A DNA stretch of 64,000 nt from an uncultured Actinomycetes bacterium (GCA_903830655.1 CAIKUQ010000070.1:9596-73595); one strand, 5' to 3'; shown: positions 16,674-26,973, counted from the stretch's first letter. Program-made: numbers and translations. The notes: generated from the letters alone by a model not told the origin.

Positions 16674-17720
16674 TTAAAACAGCCAAGCCCGCAGCACCGC
16701 GGCGAAGGTTTCAAGTTCCGCCAGTGAAACACGCTCGTCAGAGTGATGAGCGAGAAGTGGATCGCCGGCACCGAAATTGGTTGCAGGAATTCCCATATCG
16801 ACGAATGTCGCCACGTCGGTCCAGCCAACCTTTGCTCGAGGCTCTCTTCCAGTGAGCGCAACCAGCTCTTGTAGTTGTTTGTTATGTAGACCGGGAGCTG
16901 CGGGCGAAGCAGCGTCTTCAACTCTAAAACCGTCTTCTGGTTCTAGTAGGTCACCTATATAGTTCTTGAACCAAGTAATCGCCTCATCCAGAGTCCTATC
17001 TGGGGCTACTCGGTGATTTACAACCATCGTCGCTAGATCGGGAACAACATTTGCCGCGATTCCACCATCTACACTCACTACTTGCAGCTGCTCGACATAC
17101 TCAATGTCGTCCACCGCGACCACCCTGGGCTCGAAGTCAGCAATGCGCTTGACGATATCTCCCATGCGGTGAATCGCGTTACGGCCAGTAAAGGGCCTCG
17201 AGGCGTGCGCTCGTTCTCCGCGCAAAGCTATTGAAAATCGGATACTCCCCTGACAACCTGCCTCAACTGAACCTCCAGTAGGTTCGCAGAGAATCGCCAC
17301 AGAACCCTCTAACAACTCTGGGTGTGGTCCGTGAATCTCATGGAGGCCAGACTCCGAACGAGCGATTTCCTCTTTCGCGTAGAAAACCCAGGTGATCTCC
17401 TGTTTGGTGGGGACGACTTTTGCCAGTTCCAGCATGACGGCTAAAGAACCCTTCATGTCAACCGCACCGAGTCCCGTAAGAACTGAACCGGATATGCCCG
17501 CCTTCTCGAGGTGGCCAGGCACCGTGTCGAGGTGTCCCGCCACGATGGCACGGTTCGTATGGGCCCCCACGGTGCGCGCCACCACATTGTTTTCAATTCT
17601 GGACACCTGAAGGTGACCAACCTTGGATAAGCGGTGTTCAACTTCGTCCGCGAGCGCTCTTTCGTTTCGAGATAGTGAGTCGATTTTTACTAGGGCCAAG
17701 GCCTCGTCGAGCAGACTCAT
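16674..17720 (-). CDS. dapE: succinyl-diaminopimelate desuccinylase
   Basis: M20 motifs GHLDTVP, G.GAVDMKG, EEI, GWTDVA, GD..LAH..DE. In the dap cluster. Confidence 0.92.
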   Translation of the reverse strand: MSLLDEALALVKIDSLSRNERALADEVEHRLSKVGHLQVSRIENNVVARTVGAHTNRAIVAGHLDTVPGHLEKAGISGSVLTGLGAVDMKGSLAVMLELAKVVPTKQEITWVFYAKEEIARSESGLHEIHGPHPELLEGSVAILCEPTGGSVEAGCQGSIRFSIALRGERAHASRPFTGRNAIHRMGDIVKRIADFEPRVVAVDDIEYVEQLQVVSVDGGIAANVVPDLATMVVNHRVAPDRTLDEAITWFKNYIGDLLEPEDGFRVEDAASPAAPGLHNKQLQELVALTGREPRAKVGWTDVATFVDMGIPATNFGAGDPLLAHHSDERVSLAELETFAAVLRAWLF

Positions 17721-18541
17721 GTGGCGACCCCATGGTCGCGAAGGATGTTATTCAGCGCGACCTTATCGTGACGCTCGCCTTCGCTCATACGACGAATAAC
17801 TAAAACGCAGGGCAAGTAGAACTCGCCTCCATTGAACTCACGCTTACGGCTCGCTCCCACTGCCACGCAATAGTCCGGGACATAACCACGGGAAATCTCT
17901 TCCCCCGTCTCGGCGTCAATTACTGGTATCGAGGGATTAAGAATTGTTCCCGCTCCGAGCACCGAGCCCTTGCCGACGCGAGCACCCTCGACCACCATGC
18001 AGCGACTTCCGATAAAAGCACCGTCTTCAATTACCACCGGTACTGCATTCGCGGGTTCGAGAACCCCACCAATACCAACCCCGCCGGCCAAGTGGACATT
18101 GGCGCCAATCTGAGCACAAGAGCCAACTGTGGCCCAGGTGTCAACCATCGTTCCTGGACCAACCCACGCTCCGATGTTGACGTAACTGGGCATCAAGATA
18201 ACTCCGGGGCTGAGATACGAACCGTACCGGGCAGTCGCACCCGGCACAACACGGACGCCCCGACGTTCATAATCACGTTTAAGGTCAAGTTTGTCGAGGA
18301 ACTCCATCGGACCAGCTTCGGTAACGGTCATCTCACGCAAGCGAAAAAGCATCAGAATCGCGTGCTTGACCCATTCGTTGACCTTGATGGAATTGTCCGC
18401 CTGAATTTCAGCGACTCGAAGCGTGCCCTCATCAAGTTTGGTGATCACCAGCTCTACATCGCGTCGAGCCTCAAGGTTTGAAGGGCTCAAATCCCCAATT
18501 TGGCTGTACCAGTGGGCAATGCGTTCTTCGAGTTCGCTCAT
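17717..18541 (-). CDS. dapD: tetrahydrodipicolinate N-succinyltransferase
   Basis: VNEWVKHAILM.FR, RVVP.A.AR.G, MVDTWATVGSCAQIG.NVHL.GGVGIGGVLEP. Confidence 0.96.
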   Translation of the reverse strand: MSELEERIAHWYSQIGDLSPSNLEARRDVELVITKLDEGTLRVAEIQADNSIKVNEWVKHAILMLFRLREMTVTEAGPMEFLDKLDLKRDYERRGVRVVPGATARYGSYLSPGVILMPSYVNIGAWVGPGTMVDTWATVGSCAQIGANVHLAGGVGIGGVLEPANAVPVVIEDGAFIGSRCMVVEGARVGKGSVLGAGTILNPSIPVIDAETGEEISRGYVPDYCVAVGASRKREFNGGEFYLPCVLVIRRMSEGERHDKVALNNILRDHGVAT

Positions 18542-18559
18542 AGTTCTAGCGTACCGGCG

Positions 18560-19669
18560 TTAGCGCGCTTCGTCGAGCCGATTAGCAGCCACCGCTAAAC
18601 GCTCATCGGGCTGAACTACAGCCACCCGGACAAAATTCGCCGAGTCTGATCCATAGAATTCTCCAGGGCTTGTCACCAAGCCCGCCACTTCAGCGAGTTC
18701 ACTGGCCAAAGCCCAGCCATCGGTTCCCTCGCGATGACACCACAAATAAAATGAACCTTCGGGAACGGGGGCCGACACGCCATATCCCTCGAGTGCCCTG
18801 CTCAACAAAGTCAGTCTGTTTAGATACCGCGCCCTCTGCTGATCTACGTGTTCATCGTCTTGGTAGGCCAGCGCCACGGCTGACTGTACCGGGCCTGGAA
18901 CCATTAATCCCGCGTGTTGGCGAACCAAGCGGAGGTAGCGCACCAGTTCAGGATCTCCAGCGTAGAAACCGGCTCGGATTCCAGCGAGGTTAGAACGCTT
19001 CGAAATCGAATGAACTGCCAATACGCCATGCAGTCCCCAGCGCAAAATGGTTTGTGGGGTAGTCGTCCAGGTAAATTCCGCATAACACTCATCGCTCGCA
19101 ACAAGTACGCCATGCTTACGCCCCCATGTCGCCACCGCTTCGAGGTCATCTAGGTAACCAGTCGGGTTGGACGGAGAATTAGACCAGAGCACTAACGCTC
19201 GTGCAACATCTGATGGATCGATACTCTCTAGGTCCAGACGCCCGTCAACCAATCGAACTGGGACGCTGCGCAGCCCCGCCAGGGTCGCTCCCATCGCATA
19301 AGTCGGATAGCTAATGGCCGGATAGAGCACGGTATCTCGTTCGGGCGAGCGTAAATGAAGATAGCCCGCTAGTGATGCCACAAATTCTTTGGTGCCGATA
19401 CACGCCGCAATCTCATCTGCCTCAATCGGAACTCCCAAGCGACGCTCCAGCCAACTCGCACACGATTCACGAAATTGCGGTGATCCAAATGAGGGCGGGT
19501 ATCCACGCACACCCCGAGCGTGCGCAAGCTCGTCCAACACGATCTGCGGTGGTGCATCAATCGGAGTCCCGATAGAACATTCAATAGGCCCATCGTTATG
19601 GCGGCGTGCTAACTCCCGCACCGCCTCTAGGCGTTCGTAGGGGTAGGGAGGCGGGACAAATCCTGACAT
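18560..19669 (-). CDS. dapC: N-succinyldiaminopimelate aminotransferase (class I/II PLP)
   Basis: SIGTP.D, NSPSNPTG, SDECY, HSISKRSNLAGIRAGF. Its ATG overlaps the hflX stop. Confidence 0.9.
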   Translation of the reverse strand: MSGFVPPPYPYERLEAVRELARRHNDGPIECSIGTPIDAPPQIVLDELAHARGVRGYPPSFGSPQFRESCASWLERRLGVPIEADEIAACIGTKEFVASLAGYLHLRSPERDTVLYPAISYPTYAMGATLAGLRSVPVRLVDGRLDLESIDPSDVARALVLWSNSPSNPTGYLDDLEAVATWGRKHGVLVASDECYAEFTWTTTPQTILRWGLHGVLAVHSISKRSNLAGIRAGFYAGDPELVRYLRLVRQHAGLMVPGPVQSAVALAYQDDEHVDQQRARYLNRLTLLSRALEGYGVSAPVPEGSFYLWCHREGTDGWALASELAEVAGLVTSPGEFYGSDSANFVRVAVVQPDERLAVAANRLDEAR

Positions 19670-20955
19670 CAAACTCGCCATTCCTGGAATCGAGCCATGC
19701 CCACAGCGTCTAACACTACGTCCATCCTCACAGAATTCTCTTCAACTTTGGAATCAAGCACCTCGCCTTCGCGGTGAGCGGCGGCCACCAAATCGCCCCT
19801 CTCGAGCGGGAAGGACAAGGTCGCAACCCGATCGCCGGTCCGTAGTCGGTCACCAATCGCACTCACTACCTCGGTGAGATTCTCCCCCGTCTTGGCCGAT
19901 ACCCAGACGCTCCCTTCGTATTTGGCAGCGAGGTCCTTGGAGAGCGAGCCGGGAATATCAGCTTTATTGAAAAGCAGTAACTCTGGAACATTTGTCGCAC
20001 CAATCTCGGCGAGTACTTCGCGAACCGCGGCAATCTGCTCTTCAAAATGAGGGTTCGATCCATCCACGACGTGTACCAACAAATCAGCCAGCTGCACCGA
20101 TTTGAGGGTCGACATGAACGCCTCAATGAGACCGTGTGGGAGGTTCGAGATAAAGCCCACGGTGTCCGTAATCAGAACAGTTTCGCCACCGGGAAGTTGC
20201 TTCTGCCGCGTTCGTGGATCGAGCGTTACGAATAGGCGGTCCTGCGCTTCAACGTTGGCGTCAGTCAGCGCGTTGAGCATGGACGATTTTCCCGCATTCG
20301 TATAGCCAACCAGGGTCACCTCTCGGTGACGTCCGCGGTCTCTCCCCTGGCGTTGCACCTCGCGCGAGCGATCCACTTCTTTTAGATCACGACGAATGTG
20401 GTGGATTCGTTGCACCAAGCGTCGCCGGTCCGTTTCGAGCTGGGTTTCACCCGGACCACGCGTTCCAATTCGTCCGCTCTGTTGCGAAAGTGAGCCGCTG
20501 ACCCGGCGAAGACGCGGGAGTCGATATTCCAACAGGGCGAGTTCGACCTGGGCTTTGCCTTCAGGGGTGCGCGCGTTCTGAGCAAAGATATCCAGGATTA
20601 CCGCGGTGCGGTCAATCGCAGTTCGCCCGAGTAATGCTTCGAGGTTTCTCTGTTGCGCGGGTGACAGGTTGTCTTCAAAGACCACCGTGTCCGAGTCAAC
20701 GGCTAGACAGATTTCTTTGAGTTCTTGAACCTTTCCCGAACCCAAAAACGTGGCGGGATCTGGTGAGTCTCGTCGCTGAATTACTCTGGCTTTGACATCG
20801 GCGCCCGCGGTATTTACCAACTCTTCAAGTTCATCCAACTGATCATCTAGTTCTTCTGAAGAATTACCTGGGAACAAAACACCTACCAGAACAATCTTCT
20901 CGCGAAAGGTGCGATCGATAAGTGTTGTTGGAATGTACGTCAAGCGCCGTGCCAC
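19669..20955 (-). CDS. hflX: ribosome rescue GTPase HflX
   Basis: GTRGPGETQLE.DRR, GYTNAGKS, LF.TLDP, DTVGFI, NKAD. The start may be the TTG at 20943 that overlaps the dapF stop. Confidence 0.97.
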   Translation of the reverse strand: MARRLTYIPTTLIDRTFREKIVLVGVLFPGNSSEELDDQLDELEELVNTAGADVKARVIQRRDSPDPATFLGSGKVQELKEICLAVDSDTVVFEDNLSPAQQRNLEALLGRTAIDRTAVILDIFAQNARTPEGKAQVELALLEYRLPRLRRVSGSLSQQSGRIGTRGPGETQLETDRRRLVQRIHHIRRDLKEVDRSREVQRQGRDRGRHREVTLVGYTNAGKSSMLNALTDANVEAQDRLFVTLDPRTRQKQLPGGETVLITDTVGFISNLPHGLIEAFMSTLKSVQLADLLVHVVDGSNPHFEEQIAAVREVLAEIGATNVPELLLFNKADIPGSLSKDLAAKYEGSVWVSAKTGENLTEVVSAIGDRLRTGDRVATLSFPLERGDLVAAAHREGEVLDSKVEENSVRMDVVLDAVGMARFQEWRV

Positions 20956-21701
20956 TCCACGTCTGCCACAAACACCACTGGCCCAGTGAGAGTGGCCTGC
21001 GCATCATCGAGAGTAACCCGTAACGGCCCACCGGGATTATGAACGGTAACCGAACTACCGGCAAGTCCAGCGGCGTGGACCACGGCTGCGGTGGCGCAAG
21101 AACCAGTCCCGCACGCTTGCGTCCAACCGGCCCCACGCTCATACACAAGGATCGACAGCTCAGCGGCATTCTTGATAGTAACGAACTCAACGTTCGCTCC
21201 GCCTACGGCGTCACTCAATTCGATTGCCTTCTCTTGCCTCTCGGCCATCGTTGCGGACATGTCGTCCAGCAACACCACATGTGGGTTGCCGACATTGGCC
21301 ACCCCGAGAGTTCCCGGCAAGGCTTCGAGTAGTTTTACCTCACCCATAGCGACCGATCCCATCCCTACGTCGCCATCCATCTCGAGGTGCACGAGTCGAA
21401 TCCCGGCGGCAGTTTCGACTGGCAACTCAGTCCACTCCCCTTTAGTTGCTCGTCGCACCGCCGCTACTAAACAGCGAATGCCGTTTCCCGACATTTCCGC
21501 AAACGACCCATCTGCGTTGAAGAGCACCATTTGGAGCGGATCACCAACCGTGGCGACCAATAAACCGTCTGCGCCTACTCCGTGGGTGCGATTACACACA
21601 GCGGCCGCTAGAGCCGAGGTCCAAGTAAAACCGGCACCATCTTGCACGTCAACAAGGAAATCGTTTCCCGCCCCGTGCCATTTTTGGAGGTGCCGACTCA
21701 T
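20940..21701 (-). CDS. dapF: diaminopimelate epimerase
   Basis: KWHGAGNDF, N.DGS.AEMSGNGIRC, GNPH, NVEF, ERG.G.T.ACGTG. Confidence 0.95.
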   Translation of the reverse strand: MSRHLQKWHGAGNDFLVDVQDGAGFTWTSALAAAVCNRTHGVGADGLLVATVGDPLQMVLFNADGSFAEMSGNGIRCLVAAVRRATKGEWTELPVETAAGIRLVHLEMDGDVGMGSVAMGEVKLLEALPGTLGVANVGNPHVVLLDDMSATMAERQEKAIELSDAVGGANVEFVTIKNAAELSILVYERGAGWTQACGTGSCATAAVVHAAGLAGSSVTVHNPGGPLRVTLDDAQATLTGPVVFVADVEWHGA

Positions 21702-21706
21702 GCCTT

Positions 21707-22642
21707 TTAGTCTCTCACGAGACTGGCGTCAGATTGCAGCAGGGCAATTAGCCGTAATTTCGCGGATTCACCATTATCAAACCACTCAATTCGTGGATCT
21801 CGCCTGAACCATGCCCGCTGCCGGCGCGCCAGTTGCCGACTCGCCCTCAGCGCATCTTCAATGCATTCATCGAGAGGAATTCCATGTTCCACGTGCATAA
21901 GCAGCTCCCGATATCCCACCGCTTGGCGTGCCGTGCGGCTTAATCCTGCGGGGCGAGCGGACAGCGCGCGTACCTCCTCGAGGAGGCCCTCCTCGAGCCA
22001 CGTCTTGAATCTCTCCGCGACGGCCGACTTCGAACCCTCTGCGGTGCTCGAGAGACCGACTTGGCACACACGGCTTTGCTTGTACTCAGACATCTCATCA
22101 CCGAAGCTGGAAAATGCTTTCCCGCTGCCTCGCACCACCTCTAACGCGCGAATAATTCGACGGGCGTTGTTTGATTCCATTTTTGCGGCCGCCACCGGAT
22201 CTTTTTTGACTAGTTCAGCGTGGAGCGCTTCGACATTTACCTCGGCTTCAGCCTCCAAGGACTGTCGTATCTCGGGGTATTGTCCAGGGATTTCAAAATC
22301 ATCAATGATTGCTCGGCCGTAGAGTCCGGTACCGCCCACGTAGAGAACCGCATGGCCGCGACTCCAAATCTCCGTGGCAACTCTCCGAGCCTGACGCTGA
22401 AACTCCGCGACGGTGAATTCTTCATCTGGATTCACTACGTCCACTAGGTGATAGGTAACCTCGCTGCGCTCTTTCAGCGTGGGCTTGGCGGTGCCAATAT
22501 TCATCTCTCGGTAGACCGTCATTGCGTCGACACAGATGATTTCCACCTGTGGGGCAAGTTCCAGAGCCACCTGATGGGCCACAGCGGACTTGCCAGATGC
22601 TGTCGCTCCGACCACCGCAACGGCTTTGCGCTGGAATGTCAC
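21707..22642 (-). CDS. miaA: tRNA dimethylallyltransferase
   Basis: G.TASGKS, D...VYR.M.IGTAKP, GGTGLY, ARRQRAWF. Confidence 0.96.
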   Translation of the reverse strand: MTFQRKAVAVVGATASGKSAVAHQVALELAPQVEIICVDAMTVYREMNIGTAKPTLKERSEVTYHLVDVVNPDEEFTVAEFQRQARRVATEIWSRGHAVLYVGGTGLYGRAIIDDFEIPGQYPEIRQSLEAEAEVNVEALHAELVKKDPVAAAKMESNNARRIIRALEVVRGSGKAFSSFGDEMSEYKQSRVCQVGLSSTAEGSKSAVAERFKTWLEEGLLEEVRALSARPAGLSRTARQAVGYRELLMHVEHGIPLDECIEDALRASRQLARRQRAWFRRDPRIEWFDNGESAKLRLIALLQSDASLVRD

Positions 22643-24033
22643 GAGATAGAGAGGGGAATTCGAGTTTTGTGCTTGGGGCCACGCAAGAGGGAAACCTCTT
22701 CACCCAATAGGTGGTACGGAGCGCCGTGCGTGACTTTCACACTCGCCATTGAGCCCGCTCTCATCGGTGTCGTGGTGACGGGAAAGTGAATCAATTTGCC
22801 TTGGCGGGTGCGCCCAGAGATCATCTGGTCATTTCTGCGCGAGGGCCCTTCTACGAGGACCTCTTCAATACGTCCAACTCGAGCTTCATGATGACTTAGA
22901 GCGCTTCTATCAAGTACTTGCTTGAGACGCTTGAAGCGCTCGGCGACAAGTTCGTCCGGAACAAATTCATCGCCCATAAGAGCGGCACGAGTGCCCTCTC
23001 GCGGCGAGAAAATGTAGGTGTAGGCCAAATCGAATGAGCAGTCCGCTACGACCTTCAATGTTTCCTCAAATTCGGCATCCGTTTCGCCAGGGAAGCCCAC
23101 AATAAGGTCCGTGGTCACCGCAAGGTCTGGGATTGTGCTTCGCGCTTCTTCGAGAATGCGCTGATAGCGCTCAACGTGATACCCACGACGCATCCCAGTT
23201 AACACTCGGTCGCTTCCCGACTGAAGTGGTAAGTGCAGGTGATTGCAAACCGCAGAAGTCTCGGCCATGGCCTTAATTGTTTCACTGCTCAAATCCTTGG
23301 GGTGGGGCGAGGTAAACCGGATTCGTTCGATACCCTCCACCTCTCCGAGCGAACGGAGCAATGTAGGAAAAAGTGGACTGCGACCCGTGATATCGCGACC
23401 ATAGGAATTCACATTTTGACCCAAAACGGTTATCTCGGTGACCCCAGAATCGGCCAGCATGCGCGCTTCGGTCAGCAAATCTTCGAGGGGGCGAGATATC
23501 TCTGCGCCGCGGACCGAGGGAACGATGCAATAGGCGCACGAATTGTCGCATCCCATCTGGATGGTCATCCAAGCCGAATAGGGCAGTTCGCGCACGGCGT
23601 ACAGCGCTGGCGTCATTTCCGAGATGGCCTCTGGATCGGGGGCTTCCCAGATTTCCATCAAGGGGCCCTCAGCTTTAGCGCGGCGAAGCAATTCAGGGGC
23701 CTGGTTGATGTTGTGGGTGCCAAACACCACATCCACCCAGCCCGCTACCTCTTGAATCTTGCCGCGATCCTTCTGCGCCATACAGCCCCCTACGGCAACT
23801 TGCATCTCTGGGTTGGCCTCTTTAAGAGCCTTCACGTGCCCGAGTGCGGAATACAGCTTGAGGTCGGCGTTCTCACGGATTGTGCAGGTGTTGAATATGA
23901 CGAGATCGGCTTCCGACTCATTCGCCACCGGAGTCATACCTTCAGCTACGAACATGCCGGCTAGGCGTTCAGAATCGTGTTCGTTCATTTGACAGCCAAA
24001 GGTTCGAATGGTGAATGTCTTTGGCGTTGTCAC
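22639..24033 (-). CDS. miaB: tRNA-2-methylthio-N6-dimethylallyladenosine synthase
   Basis: TFGCQMN.HDSE, radical-SAM GCDNSCAYC, C-terminal TRAM domain. Confidence 0.97.
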   Translation of the reverse strand: MTTPKTFTIRTFGCQMNEHDSERLAGMFVAEGMTPVANESEADLVIFNTCTIRENADLKLYSALGHVKALKEANPEMQVAVGGCMAQKDRGKIQEVAGWVDVVFGTHNINQAPELLRRAKAEGPLMEIWEAPDPEAISEMTPALYAVRELPYSAWMTIQMGCDNSCAYCIVPSVRGAEISRPLEDLLTEARMLADSGVTEITVLGQNVNSYGRDITGRSPLFPTLLRSLGEVEGIERIRFTSPHPKDLSSETIKAMAETSAVCNHLHLPLQSGSDRVLTGMRRGYHVERYQRILEEARSTIPDLAVTTDLIVGFPGETDAEFEETLKVVADCSFDLAYTYIFSPREGTRAALMGDEFVPDELVAERFKRLKQVLDRSALSHHEARVGRIEEVLVEGPSRRNDQMISGRTRQGKLIHFPVTTTPMRAGSMASVKVTHGAPYHLLGEEVSLLRGPKHKTRIPLSIS

Positions 24034-24042
24034 TTCCCTATT

Positions 24043-24909
24043 CTACTGAAGTAAGACTGGGACACTCCGAGCGGCATCAACAGTGGCTCCAATGCCGGCC
24101 GCAACCACGAGGGCGCAACCAACGAGGTCCCACCCGGAAATCTGTTGATTAGCGAAAATCAGCCCAGTCAGAAAGGCCATAGCCGGATCTAGTGCGAAGA
24201 GCACTCCCGCCGTGGCCGGACGCACTCTTCGAATACCTTGTAGCTCGAAACTAAAGCCCAGTGCAATGGCGAGGAAGGCAATAAAGACCAACCGCCACAA
24301 CAAGGGACCCGCGTGGCTCATTCGGTGCCAAGAGTGAAACAAAAAGGGTGAGGTCACGACCGTCGCCACACCCATGGACATCGATAAACCTTCAACACCT
24401 TGAATGAGGTTTCCCATCTTGTGCGTGACCAAGACATACATCGAGTACATGAATGCCGCCATAAAGGCGAAGGTAATCCCGAGCGCCGTCAGCCCAGAGC
24501 CGGGGCGAGTGAGAGCCACTACTCCTAATCCCGCGGCCAGTACATACACGAGCTGGCGAGGCTTGCGATGCCCTAGAACGGCCACCGCAAATGGGCCCAA
24601 GTATTCGAGTGCGACCGCCCCACCAAGTGGGATGCGTCCAATGGATTGATAAAAGAATTGGTTCATCAATGCCGTCGTCACTCCAACGATGATGACCCAT
24701 CGCCATTGCAACCAACTCCACGAGCGGACTTTTGGCCTTGCGATAAGAAGTAGGAAGACCGTACCAAAGAGAAACCGCCAAGCGGAAATCTCACCGGCCG
24801 AGAAGTGCCCGAACTCTGGCAACACCAGGGCCGAAGTGGTTTGGATGGAAGTGACTCCCGCAACAATGAATGCAGCGCCAAAGAGCGCTTGCTTCCGATT
24901 TGAGTTCAA
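24043..24909 (-). CDS. EamA/DMT transporter, RhtA-like
   Basis: About 10 TM helices. IPLG.AVALEYLGP.AV and LDPA.A...G resemble RhtA. Confidence 0.85.
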   Translation of the reverse strand: MNSNRKQALFGAAFIVAGVTSIQTTSALVLPEFGHFSAGEISAWRFLFGTVFLLLIARPKVRSWSWLQWRWVIIVGVTTALMNQFFYQSIGRIPLGGAVALEYLGPFAVAVLGHRKPRQLVYVLAAGLGVVALTRPGSGLTALGITFAFMAAFMYSMYVLVTHKMGNLIQGVEGLSMSMGVATVVTSPFLFHSWHRMSHAGPLLWRLVFIAFLAIALGFSFELQGIRRVRPATAGVLFALDPAMAFLTGLIFANQQISGWDLVGCALVVAAGIGATVDAARSVPVLLQ

Positions 24910-25751
24910 CGAACCACCGCGCCGATATGGTCAACTTCGAACACGCGAACTACACCCGCAATACCCTCGTCGTGGAAATATGATCTCGCCGCCTCAGCCA
25001 CGTCGCTCGATTCAACTTCTCCAGTTAGCGCCAACATTGTCGAGCCAGCCCCCGACCAACAAGTTCCGTCGGCACCCGCATCTTTCATCACGTTTAAAAG
25101 AGCACCGCTGAATGGCAAGAGCGCGGAGCGGTAAGTCTGGTGTAAATGGTCGTTGAGCGAGGAAGAAACGAAGAGTGACCGGTCAGCCAAACCCGGTAAC
25201 AGCATCGCAAGGGCAGCCATGTTAGAAACCGCATCACTAAAGGGAACGCTTTTGGGTAGTACCGCCCTCGAGTCGTCAGTTGCCAACTCCATATCGGGTA
25301 TTGCGGCAACGAATCTCCACGTTTCATCAATTGGGAATGAGCGAACCAAGGTCCGTTCTCCAACTACTTGAACACCGACTAGCCCGCCAACCAGTGACGC
25401 CGCGGCATTTTCCGCGTGTCCATCTACTTCGGTGCCAATGGCCAATGCTTCCGGCGCTTGGGACGCTAGTGCTGCCGCAATCGCGAGTGCCGCCGAAGAG
25501 CCCAATCCCCTGGAGAGAGGGATCTCAGAATCAACTCTCAATGAGAAGTTTGAATGCCCGAGAGCCTGGCGCGCAATTTTTGCGGCCAGATGTCCTTCAT
25601 GGTCAAATTCCCCTGCCCCAAATCCAGTCGTTGAGATAGAAAATGCATCGGCGGGGTTGATCTCCACCTCAATATAGGCACTCAAGGCAACGGCCAATAC
25701 ATCAAAACCAGGGCCAAGATTGGCCGAACTTGCAGGGACGCGCGCGAGCAT
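24906..25751 (-). CDS. thrB: homoserine kinase
   Basis: VPASSANLGPGFD, IPLSRGLGSSAA, DGHAENAAASL.GG, SGAGST. ATG at 25751. Confidence 0.95.
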   Translation of the reverse strand: MLARVPASSANLGPGFDVLAVALSAYIEVEINPADAFSISTTGFGAGEFDHEGHLAAKIARQALGHSNFSLRVDSEIPLSRGLGSSAALAIAAALASQAPEALAIGTEVDGHAENAAASLVGGLVGVQVVGERTLVRSFPIDETWRFVAAIPDMELATDDSRAVLPKSVPFSDAVSNMAALAMLLPGLADRSLFVSSSLNDHLHQTYRSALLPFSGALLNVMKDAGADGTCWSGAGSTMLALTGEVESSDVAEAARSYFHDEGIAGVVRVFEVDHIGAVVR

Positions 25752-25755
25752 AGTT

Positions 25756-26970
25756 CTAGAGTATTCGCTGCCAGAGTGACGGAGCACGCAAACTGGCAGT
25801 CGTTACGAGGCTCGCTTCAACGGCCCCGTCCGCCCCAATGATCCAGCCGACGACTGAACGGGCGGGCAGAGCAGAATTAATTCGACGCATGTGCACTCGC
25901 CAACTACTACTCGTTTTGAATTTCCAAGTAGTGCTTGTGATTGTTTGGGCGAGGGTGAAGTGAACTTTCTGACCCTCCCAGAAGATTGTGCCGAGTGTTT
26001 CACTGGGACTAAAGCGGTGTGTAGCAATCAAAGTAGGTATAGCTTCAGAAACAGCTAGCGCCGCATCTCCCGCTGGCTTCAGGAGGTCTCCCCCTCGTGC
26101 TCCGAACACTGCAACTAGGGCCAAATAGGATTTACCGCCAAACTGCATTTGCGTCGCCATCACGTCACATCCACCTGCTGCATCAGTACGGCCAGACTTG
26201 ACCCCAATTACGTTGTACTGGCCGGCATAGGGCGTGAACGAATTCAAAACACCCGCTACCGGTAGGTCAATCGAAGGCAACTTGGCGGCGTCGCGAACGA
26301 GGCTAAATTTCATCAATTTGTCAGTCAGTACAAGTTGATCGCGCGGCACCGACTTATTTCCAGCCTCGATACCCGTAGGGTCGGCGTACACCGTATTTGA
26401 CATTCCGAGCGCTTTCGCCATGGCATTCATCTGTGATACGAATTCCACGGTCGAGGTACTGAACAGACGGCAGAGAATAAGGGCGTAGTCACTGGCGGAA
26501 TGAACGATAAGCCCGCGAATCAAATCGGGCACACACAGTGATTGCCCAACTTGAATCAACGCCGTAGATTGGCCCGTGTCAACCTCGTGGCGATATGCAG
26601 CCACATCGATGTCATCGACGGTGTGGCAGGTAGATGCCTGCTTCGATTGGTCAACTTGAGTCAATGCAACATAGGCGGTCATCAATTTTGTGATACTCGC
26701 AATTGAGACTGGAGTTGACGGCGGGTAATAACCCAAGTGCAGGGCAGGTACTGAGACTCCGTAGGAGATGGATGTCGATACTGGCGGAAAGGCCAGCGGC
26801 GTGGCTGTGACGAATCCAATTCTCTTAGCCACAATGTGCGCCGTGGGCAAAGGAGCGCTCAGCGCAAGACCCGCAATTAGTGCGGCAGCAAGAACCAGCC
26901 CCAAAGAGGCGCCCGCGAGGCGATGGAAAAAACCGCGCAGTGGGTGATTCACTCGGAGTTTCTGGGCCAT
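25756..26970 (-). CDS. D-alanyl-D-alanine carboxypeptidase (peptidase S11)
   Basis: N-terminal TM or signal sequence, ASITKLMT (SxxK), DPTG, GVKSG.T..AG.C. Confidence 0.85.
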   Translation of the reverse strand: MAQKLRVNHPLRGFFHRLAGASLGLVLAAALIAGLALSAPLPTAHIVAKRIGFVTATPLAFPPVSTSISYGVSVPALHLGYYPPSTPVSIASITKLMTAYVALTQVDQSKQASTCHTVDDIDVAAYRHEVDTGQSTALIQVGQSLCVPDLIRGLIVHSASDYALILCRLFSTSTVEFVSQMNAMAKALGMSNTVYADPTGIEAGNKSVPRDQLVLTDKLMKFSLVRDAAKLPSIDLPVAGVLNSFTPYAGQYNVIGVKSGRTDAAGGCDVMATQMQFGGKSYLALVAVFGARGGDLLKPAGDAALAVSEAIPTLIATHRFSPSETLGTIFWEGQKVHFTLAQTITSTTWKFKTSSSWRVHMRRINSALPARSVVGWIIGADGAVEASLVTTASLRAPSLWQRIL

Positions 26971-26973
26971 GAG

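Noticed and set aside
23233-23964. 243-aa plus-strand ORF
   Set aside because: It is antisense to miaB; a codon-bias shadow.
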